Origin: an uncultured Bacilli bacterium
Lineage (GTDB): Bacteria > Bacillota_I > Bacilli_A > RF39 > UBA660
Direction of reading: 5' to 3'
DNA: 64,000 nt
Assembly: GCA_947623825.1 (NCBI GenBank)
Contig: CANQHQ010000001.1
Location: forward strand, 17,736 to 81,735
Part shown: piece by piece, positions 46,858 through 56,729 of the stretch
How positions within the stretch are numbered: position 1 is the first letter of the stretch
Layout: each line of letters begins with the position of its first letter
The notes under the pieces: generated by a model
What the model was told of the DNA's origin: nothing
Databases searched by the model: none
Seen by the model: the letters and a program-made list of their open reading frames with translations, nothing else
Program-made: the position numbers and the translations under genes

Positions 46858-48153
46858 TTATTTCGTTTTTTGTATTTCTTCGATGGCTTTCATCACACCT
46901 AATTTTCCATAGGGATACGTTAATCCTCCCTGCATGTAAGCAATATAAGGCGAACGAATCGGTCCATCACATGATAACTCAATCGAAGAACCTTGGGTAA
47001 AGGCTCCTGCAGCCATGATTACTTTATCTTGATATCCAGGCATATCCCATGGTTCTGGGATGGCATTGGAATCGATAGGAGAAGCCATTTGAATTCCTTG
47101 ACAATAATGAATTAAATCTTCTGGATTTCCAAAAATAATATTTTGAACAATATCTACCCGCTCTTCATCGAATCGCGGTTCTACTTGATATCCTAATTTC
47201 TCTAAAACATGGGACGCTAGAACTGCTGTTTTTAAACTAGAAGCGACGACACTAGGTGCGAAAAAGAGTCCTTGTAAAAACAATTTATTGATTCCTAAAG
47301 TCGGTCCTACTTCTCGTCCTTCTCCTGGACAAGTTAATCGCTCACCAGCAAGTTCTACCAACTCTTTTTTTCCAGCGATATAAGCCCCATTCGGCGCAAT
47401 TCCTCCCCCTAAGTTTTTGATGAGGGATCCCACCATCACATCTGCCCCTACTTCGATAGGCGTTTTCTCTTCAACAAATTCGCAGTAACAATTGTCGACC
47501 ATGATAATGACTTCTGGATGACTCTTTTTTATCTTAGATATGATTCGTTCCAATTGATGAATCGAAAGACTCTTTCTCGTAGAATATCCTTTAGATCTTT
47601 GAATTTCTATCATTTTGACTGGATGGTTTTCTAAATAGGAAAGGATTTTCTCATCATCAAAATCATTGTCTTTTAAATCAATCTCATCATATAGAATACC
47701 AAAACTCTTCAAACTACTTTGATTTTCTGTAATACCAATTACTTCGTGAAGCGTGTCATAAGGGGTTCCGGAAATACTTAGTAATCGATCTCCTGGACGA
47801 AGATATGCAAATAAAGCAACGGTTAAGGCATGGGTTCCAGAAATGAACTGTCCACGTACTAAGGCATCTTCACTTCCTAGCACCTCCGCAAATACTTTTT
47901 CAATGGTATCTCTTCCTATATCTCCATATCCATATCCTGTCGTTTCATTAAAATGCACTTCACTAATCTGGTATTTATGAAAGGCATTTAATACTTTCCA
48001 ACTATTTTTTTCACATTGTTCGTCAATTTTTTCAAAGATTTCTTTCAAATCTCGTTCTGATTTCTGTACTAACTCTACTGTTTTATCTGATATTTCTATT
48101 TTCTCATTCATTTTTTCACTCTTTTCTATTCTTGGGTTTCGTTTCTTTTCCAC
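46858..48153 (-). CDS. YnbB-family PLP-dependent enzyme (the aluminium-resistance-protein / Cys-Met-metabolism PLP family)
   Basis: TGYGYGDIGRD, QRSKGYSTR, GREVGPTL and the C-terminal GGLTY motif match the YnbB family almost residue for residue. Confidence 0.75.
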   Translation of the reverse strand: MEKKRNPRIEKSEKMNEKIEISDKTVELVQKSERDLKEIFEKIDEQCEKNSWKVLNAFHKYQISEVHFNETTGYGYGDIGRDTIEKVFAEVLGSEDALVRGQFISGTHALTVALFAYLRPGDRLLSISGTPYDTLHEVIGITENQSSLKSFGILYDEIDLKDNDFDDEKILSYLENHPVKMIEIQRSKGYSTRKSLSIHQLERIISKIKKSHPEVIIMVDNCYCEFVEEKTPIEVGADVMVGSLIKNLGGGIAPNGAYIAGKKELVELAGERLTCPGEGREVGPTLGINKLFLQGLFFAPSVVASSLKTAVLASHVLEKLGYQVEPRFDEERVDIVQNIIFGNPEDLIHYCQGIQMASPIDSNAIPEPWDMPGYQDKVIMAAGAFTQGSSIELSCDGPIRSPYIAYMQGGLTYPYGKLGVMKAIEEIQKTK

Positions 48154-48164
48154 TCTATCTAGGA

Positions 48165-48908
48165 CTACCGAATTCCCCCATCTACTCGAAAAACACTAGC
48201 GGTAATATAAGAGGCTTGAGAGGAAGCAAGAAAAGTAACCATCCCTGCGATTTCTTCTGGACGTGCAAATCTTTTTAATAGAATTCGGTTGCATTCCTTC
48301 TCTTTCCATTCTTCTGACAACTCTTGATTCATTTCTGTATCCACCCAACCAGGTGCGACGGTATTCACTAAAACTTGTGGGGCATATTCTACGGCAAAAC
48401 TCTTCGTTAAGGCAATGACTCCTGCTTTGGAAGCATGATAATCCATCCCCTCTGGATAACCAACGTCGATTCCTTCATTACTAGAAATATTGATGATTCT
48501 TCCTTGTCCCTGTTGTTGCATTTCTTTTCCCACGTATTTGCACATCAAGAAAGTACCAAGGAGATTGACATCGATGACTCTTTGGAATTCTTCGACTGTT
48601 TTATCCACTACTCTAGAATCGAGAGAAATTCCTGCATTATTGACTAGGACATCGATGGTTCCAAAACGATTCTTTACTTCTGTCACCATACGTAAAACCT
48701 CTTCCTCTTTCGAGATATCGCCCTGTATTACCAAAGTTTCTACTTGATATTTTTCTTTAATTTCTTGTTGTACTTGAAGGGCTTTGTCTTTTTCTTTCTC
48801 ATAATGAATGACGATTTGGGCACCTTCTTTCGCAAAGGCCAAAGCAATCGCTTTCCCAATTCCTTTGGAACTACCTGTAACCCATACTACTTTTCCTTGA
48901 AATTCCAT
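48165..48908 (-). CDS. SDR-family oxidoreductase (FabG-like)
   Basis: TGSSKGIGKAIA Rossmann motif, NNAG, and the YxxxK catalytic motif (YHASK). Confidence 0.75.
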   Translation of the reverse strand: MEFQGKVVWVTGSSKGIGKAIALAFAKEGAQIVIHYEKEKDKALQVQQEIKEKYQVETLVIQGDISKEEEVLRMVTEVKNRFGTIDVLVNNAGISLDSRVVDKTVEEFQRVIDVNLLGTFLMCKYVGKEMQQQGQGRIINISSNEGIDVGYPEGMDYHASKAGVIALTKSFAVEYAPQVLVNTVAPGWVDTEMNQELSEEWKEKECNRILLKRFARPEEIAGMVTFLASSQASYITASVFRVDGGIR

Positions 48909-48916
48909 GTTCTTTC

Positions 48917-49438
48917 CTACTTTCTTTTCATAATTCCTTTCATAATTTCTGGTTTATCTACAAAAAAAGTGTTTTCTATGTAAAATTTTTGTCTTCGATT
49001 AAAAAAATAACGAGATAAATAAATTTGATCTAGGGTATAACGATACCCTTGTTTTCTTAAATAGTAACACGTAAAGGTTTTACAACCGATATTTTTGATT
49101 TGACATCCTTCCGGTGGTTTTAAATGTTCACAATCTTTTCCATGAAGATAACTGTGACAGCACCCATTCTCATAGGTATCCTTTTCTACTTTTCTTTCTA
49201 TCATATCGCATCTTCTTTTACAAAGATTGTTATGAAAACCACAGATGTTTTTGGTGCGAAATTCTTCATCTAGATAATCACAAATCAAATCATAAAGATA
49301 ACTGTATCGTTCTTCTCCATCTTTTTTTTCCAGAACTTGACGAATGACTTTCATCTTTTTTTCGATATCAGGATCGTTTTGTTTTTCTAAATATCGTTTG
49401 GTTTTTTGGTAGATTCTTTCGTCCTTTTTACTTCTCAT
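48917..49438 (-). CDS. cysteine-rich hypothetical protein (about 12 Cys in 173 aa), putative metal-binding
   Basis: Clustered CGFHNNLCKRRC ... GCCHSYLHGKDCEHL ... GCQIKNIGCKTFTC. Confidence 0.4.
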   Translation of the reverse strand: MRSKKDERIYQKTKRYLEKQNDPDIEKKMKVIRQVLEKKDGEERYSYLYDLICDYLDEEFRTKNICGFHNNLCKRRCDMIERKVEKDTYENGCCHSYLHGKDCEHLKPPEGCQIKNIGCKTFTCYYLRKQGYRYTLDQIYLSRYFFNRRQKFYIENTFFVDKPEIMKGIMKRK

Positions 49439-49516
49439 TTTTCCACCTCTTCCACGTATTCTTATTATAACATGTTTTTTCTTTTGTTGTATAATAAAGT
49501 CAGGTAGGTGTTTTAA

Positions 49517-50263
49517 ATGAATCCAATCGCAGAATTACAAAAACTCATCGATGAAAGCGACTCCATTGTTTTCTTTGGTGGAGCGGGTGTTTCAACGGAA
49601 AGTGGGATTCCCGATTTTCGTAGTCAAGATGGACTTTATCATATGAAATATCCCTATCCACCGGAAATGATTTTGAGTCATGATTTTTTTATCCAACATC
49701 CTCAAGAGTTTTATCAATTTTATCGCGATAAGTTAAACTGTTTAGAGGTGCAGCCCAATCGTTGTCATTTCTTTTTAAAAGAATTGGAAGAAGTTGGAAA
49801 ATTAAAAGCGGTCATTACCCAAAATATCGATGGACTTCATACGAAAGCAGGTTCCAAAAATGTTTTAGAACTCCATGGAAGTGTTTATCGAAATCATTGT
49901 TCTCGCTGTGGGAAAGATTATCCTGCGGAAATGGTGTTTTCGAGCGATTCTATCCCTCGTTGTGAGTGTGGTGGAACGATTAAACCAGAAGTCGTTCTTT
50001 ATGGCGAACCACTGGATCAAGAAACCGTAGAAAAAGCCATTACTGTATTAAGAAAAGCCGATTTACTAATCGTTGCGGGAACCTCCTTAACGGTTTATCC
50101 TGCTAGCGGTTTTATCCACTATTATGGTGGAAAAAATCTAGTCATTTTAAATCGGGACGAAACCGATTTCGATCGGATGGCTACTCTTGTGATTCACGAT
50201 TCTTTAGGATCCATTTTTTCCCAATTAAAAATAAATGAAAAAGGAACTTCACAATCACAGTGA
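49517..50263 (+). CDS. cobB: NAD-dependent protein deacylase, Sir2 family
   Basis: GAGVSTESGIPDFRS, the catalytic His in ELHGS and a CxxC...CxC Zn module. Confidence 0.8.
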   Translation: MNPIAELQKLIDESDSIVFFGGAGVSTESGIPDFRSQDGLYHMKYPYPPEMILSHDFFIQHPQEFYQFYRDKLNCLEVQPNRCHFFLKELEEVGKLKAVITQNIDGLHTKAGSKNVLELHGSVYRNHCSRCGKDYPAEMVFSSDSIPRCECGGTIKPEVVLYGEPLDQETVEKAITVLRKADLLIVAGTSLTVYPASGFIHYYGGKNLVILNRDETDFDRMATLVIHDSLGSIFSQLKINEKGTSQSQ

Positions 50264-50274
50264 AATTCCTTTTT

Positions 50275-52641
50275 TTATAAAACTTCTTTTACATTATCAT
50301 AAGTCAAAATTTCTTTAATAAAGCAAGATTTTCTCTCTTCTCTCGCAGGTACTAAAATATAGACATAATTTTTCGTTCTTGTCAGTGCTACATAAAATAG
50401 TCTCCGCTCTTCTGGATAATCAATTTCTGTTGTTGTTTCTTCTTTCAATAAGTGAATTAAGGGATGATCGACGATTTGACTTGGAAATCCTTTTACATCA
50501 TCCAAAGCATTTAATAAAATCACTTCATCATATCCTAGTCCTTTTGATTTATGAACCGTTAAAAAATCGATTTGTAAATTTTTTACTAGAGGGCAATCTA
50601 ATGTATTTTCTGTTTCTCCCTTTTCAAAAAACATTCCTGTTTCTACCAAGTCTTCTTTTTCATCATTGTATCTTCCAAGGAGCAGTACTTTTTTCTTCTG
50701 TCGAGATTCTATTTTTTTCAATATTTCTATTAGAACTTCTATTTTAGAAGCATATCCTTTATTTCTTTCTTCTTTGGTTTCTCCATAATAGTGAATTTCA
50801 ATTGGATTTTCTAGGTGCTTATCAGAAAGAAGTTTCTTTTCTAAAACCTCCTTGTCTTTTCCAACGAAACTTCCCGCAATATCGATGAGTTCCTGACTAT
50901 TTCGATACGTTTTTGTAATCGTTACAATTTCTGCATAACCCATCAATTCACAAAAATGGGTAAATAGCGAGGCATCGGAACCAGAAAAAGAGTAAATGGA
51001 TTGCCAATCATCTCCGACTGCGACAATTTTACTATCAAATAAATCAGAAATTCTTTTTGCAAAATGATATCTTTGTCTTGAAATATCTTGATATTCATCA
51101 ATAATAATATAATCGTAGTTTAATTTTCCTTTTTCTTTTAGAATATCCATACGCATCGACGAATAATTAATCATATCTTGAAAGTCGATTTGATAATTAC
51201 GATGAATAGAATTCTGGTAAAAATGGTAAATTTTTTGGGCATATCTTAATTGCTTTTTTACTTTTTCATCCTCTATTTTTTGTAATAAGAGAGAAAAATC
51301 TTTTTCTTGATAATTGTTTTCTTTCCATTGAGAAATAAAGGAAATCATTAAATTCATGAAGCTAGCATATTGTCCTCTTCTCGATGTCTCTAAAATTTTT
51401 CTTAATACTTCTTCTTCCGTTCTAGGAGAAAAGACAATATGATGATTTCGTAGACTTTCTTCTAATTCTCTCATGGCATTTTTGCTTTCATCTTCATATT
51501 TACCAAATAGTTCAATTAAAATGGTATGGTTTTTTCTGTGCGTTTCTCTTTTTAAAAAGATTTCTCTTTCGTAATCTTTATCTAGAGACTCTACTTCTCC
51601 ATTTCGTTTTTGAGTGGCGAGGCCAAAATATTCGATATAGATTTTTTCTTCAAAATCTTGAATTGTGAAATCCGGAACATAATTCCTTCCATCTACTTTG
51701 TAGGGGTAATTTTCTTCGTAGGTATAAGCAATACCATTTCGATATAGGGCATTGGCAATTCTTACTTCGCCACGAGATTTTACAAATTCTCCACATATCG
51801 TAACCTGGCTACGCATTCTTCTTGCTGTTCTTTTGTCAATTTCCTCTTTAAAATTACCTTGAAGACTTTCTATTTTGCGATTTACGTAATCCTCATAATA
51901 AGCATCATAGGAAGGAAATTCTAAATAGTGATCATTTAGATAAAATTCTGTAGGAAATGTTTCTGTTAAGTCTTGTAATAAGGGCTTATTGGGAAAAACT
52001 TTTTCTTCAAACCAATGAGAAAAAAGTTCTTGTTTTTCGTAATCTCGAATAATTCTTAAGGCTTTAGGAGCATCTTGATAAATGGTTCTCATAAAATTCA
52101 TTCCCAATTTATGAAAAGTAAGGACAGGAACTCCTAATTTAAAATCCTCATTAATTCGTACGTCTAATTCTGCCGCTGCCTTTTTTGTAAAAGCAAGCAA
52201 AATGATTCGATCTTTTGGTACTTTTTTCTTTTCGATTAAGTATTTTACTTTGGCGGCCATCGTCGTGGTTTTTCCACTTCCAGCTCCTGCCACGATCAAA
52301 GAATAATCTTCGTCAATTAAAATAGCCTTTCGTTGATTTTCATCCAAAAGAATATTAGGATCCACCTCACGAAATAAGTTATCAAAGTACGATTTGTATT
52401 CTATTAATTTTTGATTCACAAATATTTGATTTTTTTCATTGATATATTTCATATGTTCTTGACTGATGTTTAGCAAAACGGAATAGTAAGGTTCCTCTTT
52501 GTACTTAGGAAGAAGTGAAAAAATTTCTGCATGTTTTTCTAAAAAAGCATCTACTTCTTTTTTGGAAATATATTCTTCTTTGTTTAAAAGTTTCCGAAAT
52601 TCTTGTGCACATTGTTCTGCTTCTGAAGAAAAGAAATCCAT
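50275..52641 (-). CDS. UvrD/HelD-like SF1 helicase (788 aa) with an inserted PD-(D/E)xK-like segment
   Basis: Walker [11 protein letters not shown], motif II IIIDEYQD, KTYRNSQ, C-terminal [13 protein letters not shown]. The insert VRIANALYRNGIAYTYE ... VPDFTIQDFEEKIYIE resembles a restriction-endonuclease-like core. Confidence 0.65.
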   Translation of the reverse strand: MDFFSSEAEQCAQEFRKLLNKEEYISKKEVDAFLEKHAEIFSLLPKYKEEPYYSVLLNISQEHMKYINEKNQIFVNQKLIEYKSYFDNLFREVDPNILLDENQRKAILIDEDYSLIVAGAGSGKTTTMAAKVKYLIEKKKVPKDRIILLAFTKKAAAELDVRINEDFKLGVPVLTFHKLGMNFMRTIYQDAPKALRIIRDYEKQELFSHWFEEKVFPNKPLLQDLTETFPTEFYLNDHYLEFPSYDAYYEDYVNRKIESLQGNFKEEIDKRTARRMRSQVTICGEFVKSRGEVRIANALYRNGIAYTYEENYPYKVDGRNYVPDFTIQDFEEKIYIEYFGLATQKRNGEVESLDKDYEREIFLKRETHRKNHTILIELFGKYEDESKNAMRELEESLRNHHIVFSPRTEEEVLRKILETSRRGQYASFMNLMISFISQWKENNYQEKDFSLLLQKIEDEKVKKQLRYAQKIYHFYQNSIHRNYQIDFQDMINYSSMRMDILKEKGKLNYDYIIIDEYQDISRQRYHFAKRISDLFDSKIVAVGDDWQSIYSFSGSDASLFTHFCELMGYAEIVTITKTYRNSQELIDIAGSFVGKDKEVLEKKLLSDKHLENPIEIHYYGETKEERNKGYASKIEVLIEILKKIESRQKKKVLLLGRYNDEKEDLVETGMFFEKGETENTLDCPLVKNLQIDFLTVHKSKGLGYDEVILLNALDDVKGFPSQIVDHPLIHLLKEETTTEIDYPEERRLFYVALTRTKNYVYILVPAREERKSCFIKEILTYDNVKEVL

Positions 52642-52699
52642 ACTACCCTACCGCCTTTATTCTACTATTATTATAGAATAAACGATGATAAAAAGTAAA

Positions 52700-52731
52700 T
52701 CTACAATCAAAAAGAAAGAGAATTTTTCTCT
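52700..52731 (-). terminator. putative terminator of the rfbC-rfbD gene
   Basis: AAAGAGAA-TTTT-TCTCTTT hairpin with a T-run on the minus strand. Confidence 0.4.
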
Positions 52732-52738
52732 TTCCGAA

Positions 52739-54244
52739 TTATTTTTTATATTTTTTTACGATGCTTTCCTCTTCTTTGAGTTCTTCACAAAAACGTTCTG
52801 TAGCGTCTTGCCAAGATGGCATCAAGTCTAGTCCTATTTCTGTTAACTTTGATTTATCCATTCTAGAATTTCTTGGGCGATACGCTTGTGTTGTTTTCGT
52901 GATGGCAAGATATTCTTCGGTCAGAACAGGGTTTACCTCGACATTTCGTTGATTGATTTCAAAAATGTATTGCGCAAATTCGGCCCAACTACAATACCCA
53001 TCATTGGTCGCATGATACGTTCCATAACTATCTGTTTGCGCAAGATTTACCAAAAGATGAGCCAAGTCGACTGTATAAGTCGGAGAACCTATTTGATCGT
53101 TTACTACATTTAATTGTTGATGCGTTTCTGATAGACGAAGCATTGTTTTTACAAAGTTATTTCCATTGATTCCAAAAACCCATGAAATTCTAGTGATGAA
53201 ATGTTTCGGATTTCTTCTTATTTCTTCTTCTCCTAGATATTTGGTTTCTCCATAAACACTCTTCGGATTTGGGGTATCTTCTGGAAGATAAGGGGTTTCT
53301 TTGGTTCCATCAAAAACATAATCCGTAGATAAATAGACGATTTTGGCTCCTACTTCTATTGAGGCATCCGTTAGATTTTTGGTTCCTAAGACGTTCACTT
53401 TTTCAACGGTATCTCTCATGGATTCCGCCTTATCTACTGCGGTCCAAGCGGCACAGTGAAAGATTACATCTGGTTGGAATTCTTTTACTACTTTCATGAC
53501 TTGTTCGCGATTGGTGATATCCATTTCCTCTATATCTGTCGCTAAAATATTTTCTTTTGAAATTCCATTTTTTCGTAATTCTCTCTCGATATCAAATCCT
53601 AATTGACCATGATATCCCGTGATTAAGAATCGTTCTTGTCCTCTTTTAAAAATTACTTTATTCTCTTTGACCGTAGGATGGATTTGATCTTTTGGAGAAA
53701 GAATGGGTTGTTCGATTCCATTTTCTTTAAAAATCGTTTCCCAATCAATTCCTAACTCTGGATCATTCCATAAAATTCCTGCTTCTAATTTTGGGGCATA
53801 ATCATTATCTACTAAGTATTGAAAAACGGTATCATCTTCCAAACTGACAAATCCATGAGCGAATCCTCGCGGAACAAATAATTGGCGATGATTTTCTTCA
53901 CTTAATTTTTCCGCAATATACTCTCCATAAGTTTCTGAATCGACCCGCATATCGACTACTACATCGATGGCACTTCCTTTGATTACTTCGACAATTTTCG
54001 CTTGACACTTTGGATTTTTTTGAAAATGAAGTCCTCTTACTACTCCTTTACTACTATTACTCCGATTAGTTTGAACGACTCTTTGAAATCCTAATTCATC
54101 CATATTTTTTTGAATGAAATATGGAGAAAAATATCCTCTCTCGTCTCCAAACCTATCCGGTTCTAAAATATAACAATCCTTTAATTTTGTCGCAATTTTT
54201 TTCATAAACCCTCCCTCAATGGTATTCATTTTGTCATTTACCAT
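52739..54244 (-). CDS. rfbCD: fusion of dTDP-4-dehydrorhamnose 3,5-epimerase (RfbC) and dTDP-4-dehydrorhamnose reductase (RfbD)
   Basis: N-terminal cupin with GDERGYF and GLHFQ (RfbC). C-terminal Rossmann FLITGYHGQLG plus the YxxxK motif (RfbD). Confidence 0.75.
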   Translation of the reverse strand: MVNDKMNTIEGGFMKKIATKLKDCYILEPDRFGDERGYFSPYFIQKNMDELGFQRVVQTNRSNSSKGVVRGLHFQKNPKCQAKIVEVIKGSAIDVVVDMRVDSETYGEYIAEKLSEENHRQLFVPRGFAHGFVSLEDDTVFQYLVDNDYAPKLEAGILWNDPELGIDWETIFKENGIEQPILSPKDQIHPTVKENKVIFKRGQERFLITGYHGQLGFDIERELRKNGISKENILATDIEEMDITNREQVMKVVKEFQPDVIFHCAAWTAVDKAESMRDTVEKVNVLGTKNLTDASIEVGAKIVYLSTDYVFDGTKETPYLPEDTPNPKSVYGETKYLGEEEIRRNPKHFITRISWVFGINGNNFVKTMLRLSETHQQLNVVNDQIGSPTYTVDLAHLLVNLAQTDSYGTYHATNDGYCSWAEFAQYIFEINQRNVEVNPVLTEEYLAITKTTQAYRPRNSRMDKSKLTEIGLDLMPSWQDATERFCEELKEEESIVKKYKK

Positions 54245-54263
54245 TTGTCTTCATTATAACAGG

Positions 54264-54296
54264 TTCCGTGAGATTCTGAAATAGTTTTGGCAAAGA
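54264..54296. terminator. bidirectional hairpin terminator after phosphoketolase
   Basis: AGTTCTA ...9 nt... TAGAACT flanked by T-runs. Confidence 0.4.
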
Positions 54297-54307
54297 AAAA
54301 GTTCTAC

Positions 54308-56698
54308 CTATAAGATAGAACTGTCTTTTTCTTCCATGGCTTCTTTCCAAGACCAATGGCGAATTTCTTCTAAATCTTCTCCATATTCATGAATGTATTG
54401 TTTATGCTCTACCAATTTGTCTTTGCACCACTGCATCAAGAAACCACTACGATTTCCCAATTTTGGAAGATGTTTCAAAGCATCCATGACGAGATGAAAA
54501 CGATCTAGTTCATTTTGTACTCTCATATCAAAAGGAGTGGTAATTGTTCCTTCTTCTTGGTATCCATGAATGTGAATATTTTTATTCGTTCGACGATACG
54601 TTAATTGATGAATCAAAGATGGATATCCGTGAAAGGCAAAAATGATAGGTGTATCTTTGGTAAATAAAGCATCATATTCGGCATCAGTTAATCCATGAGG
54701 ATGTTCACTACTAGATTGTAATCTCATTAAATCGACAACGTTAATGACTCTGATTTTAATTTCTGGGAACCATTTTCTTAAAATAGAAACGGCTGCTAAC
54801 GTCTCTAGGGTTGGGGTATCCCCACAACAAGCCATAATGATATCTGGTTCTACGTTTTGATCATTACTAGCCCAGGACCAAATACCGATTCCCTCCGTAC
54901 AGTGTTTTACGGCTTCCTCCATCGTCAACCATTGCGGACGAGGGTGTTTGGATGCAACGATGACATTGACATAATTTTTACTGCGAATGCAATGTTCAAA
55001 GCAAGATAAGAGACAATTGGTGTCCGGAGGCAAATACATACGAGAAATATCGGCCTTTTTGGTAACAATATGATTTAAAAATCCGGGGTCTTGGTGGGTA
55101 TATCCATTGTGGTCTTGTTGCCATATATGAGAAGTTAATACATAATTTAAGGAAGAAATATCTCTTCTCCACGAAAGTTCTTTGGATACTTTTAACCATT
55201 TTGCGTGTTGACTTACCATCGAGTCAACGATACGGGCAAAGGCTTCATAACTATGGATAAATCCATGTCTTCCAGTCAAAAGATATCCTTCTAAAGTCCC
55301 TTGACAAAAGTGTTCTGATAGATAAGAATCTAAAACACGACCGGTTGGAGCCAAAAATTCATCGGTTTCGATTCTTGGGGCATTCCATTGTCGATTTGTT
55401 ACATCAAAAATATAATTTAAGCGATTGGAAAGTGCCTCATCTGGACCAAAGATACGGAAATTTTTGGCTTCTTCGTTTTCTTTCATCACATCTTTGATAT
55501 ATTTTCCTAATTCCATCATATCTTGCGCCACAGTTTCGCCTGGATAAGGAACAGAAACACCATATTTTCTAAAGTCCGGTAAGCGAAGTTCTTTTAGAAG
55601 AAGTCCTCCGTTGGCATGAGGATTCGCTCCCATTCGACGATTCTTTTTAGGAAGAATACTTTGAATTTCTGGAAGAAGTTTTCCCCTTTCATCAAATAAT
55701 TCTTCAGGGTGATAACTCCGTAACCACTTTTCTAAGATAAAAATATTTTCTGGATGATCTTGATCCATGGGAATGGGTACTTGATGGGCCCGAAAACTGT
55801 TTTCTATTTTCTTGCCCGCTACTTCTTTTGGTCCCGTCCATCCTTTTGGTGTCTCTAAAATAATCATCGGCCATCTTGGGCGAAAGGAAGTAGGCATATT
55901 GGCGGCAATCTCTTTAATGGCTTGGATTTCCTCAACAATTTGATCGAGTGTTTGAGCCATTTTTTTATGCATTTCTTTTGGGTCGCTTCCTGCGACAATG
56001 TACGGCTTCCATCCACAACCTTCAAAAAATTTAATTCTTTCTTCGTGAGAAATTCTAGCGAAAACCGTAGGATTGGCAATCTTATATCCATTCAAATGTA
56101 AAATCGGTAAAACGGTTCCATCCGTTCCTGGATTTAAAAATTTATTTAGATGCCAAGAAGTGGCTAAAGGACCCGTCTCGGCCTCCCCATCTCCAATTAC
56201 ACAGGTAGCGATTAACTCTGGATTATCTAACACCGCTCCAAAGGCGTGAGATAAACTGTAACCTAGTTCTCCCCCTTCATTGATAGAACCTGGTGTTTCT
56301 GGTGCGGCATGAGAGGAAATACCTCCTGGAAAACTAAATTGTTTAAATAATTTTTTGAGTCCTTCTTCATCCTCGGTGATTTCTGGATAAATTTCACTAT
56401 AAGTTCCTTCTAAGTATACGTTTGAAACCATGGCTTGTCCTCCATGCCCTGGTCCTGAAATATAAATCATATCTAAATCATACTTCTTGATGATTCGATT
56501 CAAATGCGTATAAACGAAATTTTGACCGGGAGCGGTTCCCCAGTGACCAACAATATTTTTTTTGATGTCTTCCCGCGAGAGAGGTCTTTTTAGTAAAGGG
56601 TTATCTTTTAAATATAGTTGACCTGCGGATAAATAGTTGGCTGCCCGAAAATACTTATCTAATTGTTCTAATTCTTGTTCATTGATTTCTTGATTCAT
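54308..56698 (-). CDS. xfp: phosphoketolase (xylulose-5-P / fructose-6-P)
   Basis: 796 aa. N-terminal [12 protein letters not shown]...GHWGTAPG and TPP-binding motifs typical of Xfp. Confidence 0.85.
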   Translation of the reverse strand: MNQEINEQELEQLDKYFRAANYLSAGQLYLKDNPLLKRPLSREDIKKNIVGHWGTAPGQNFVYTHLNRIIKKYDLDMIYISGPGHGGQAMVSNVYLEGTYSEIYPEITEDEEGLKKLFKQFSFPGGISSHAAPETPGSINEGGELGYSLSHAFGAVLDNPELIATCVIGDGEAETGPLATSWHLNKFLNPGTDGTVLPILHLNGYKIANPTVFARISHEERIKFFEGCGWKPYIVAGSDPKEMHKKMAQTLDQIVEEIQAIKEIAANMPTSFRPRWPMIILETPKGWTGPKEVAGKKIENSFRAHQVPIPMDQDHPENIFILEKWLRSYHPEELFDERGKLLPEIQSILPKKNRRMGANPHANGGLLLKELRLPDFRKYGVSVPYPGETVAQDMMELGKYIKDVMKENEEAKNFRIFGPDEALSNRLNYIFDVTNRQWNAPRIETDEFLAPTGRVLDSYLSEHFCQGTLEGYLLTGRHGFIHSYEAFARIVDSMVSQHAKWLKVSKELSWRRDISSLNYVLTSHIWQQDHNGYTHQDPGFLNHIVTKKADISRMYLPPDTNCLLSCFEHCIRSKNYVNVIVASKHPRPQWLTMEEAVKHCTEGIGIWSWASNDQNVEPDIIMACCGDTPTLETLAAVSILRKWFPEIKIRVINVVDLMRLQSSSEHPHGLTDAEYDALFTKDTPIIFAFHGYPSLIHQLTYRRTNKNIHIHGYQEEGTITTPFDMRVQNELDRFHLVMDALKHLPKLGNRSGFLMQWCKDKLVEHKQYIHEYGEDLEEIRHWSWKEAMEEKDSSIL

Positions 56699-56729
56699 AG
56701 TATCCCTCTTATTCTTCTCTATTAGTATA

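Noticed and set aside
49517-50263. Sirtuin as a defence-system (Thoeris/DSR-type) SIR2 effector
   Set aside because: It has the full canonical deacylase motif set and Zn module of CobB-type sirtuins and is a normal 248-aa size. It is convergent with the neighbouring helicase, not co-transcribed with it.
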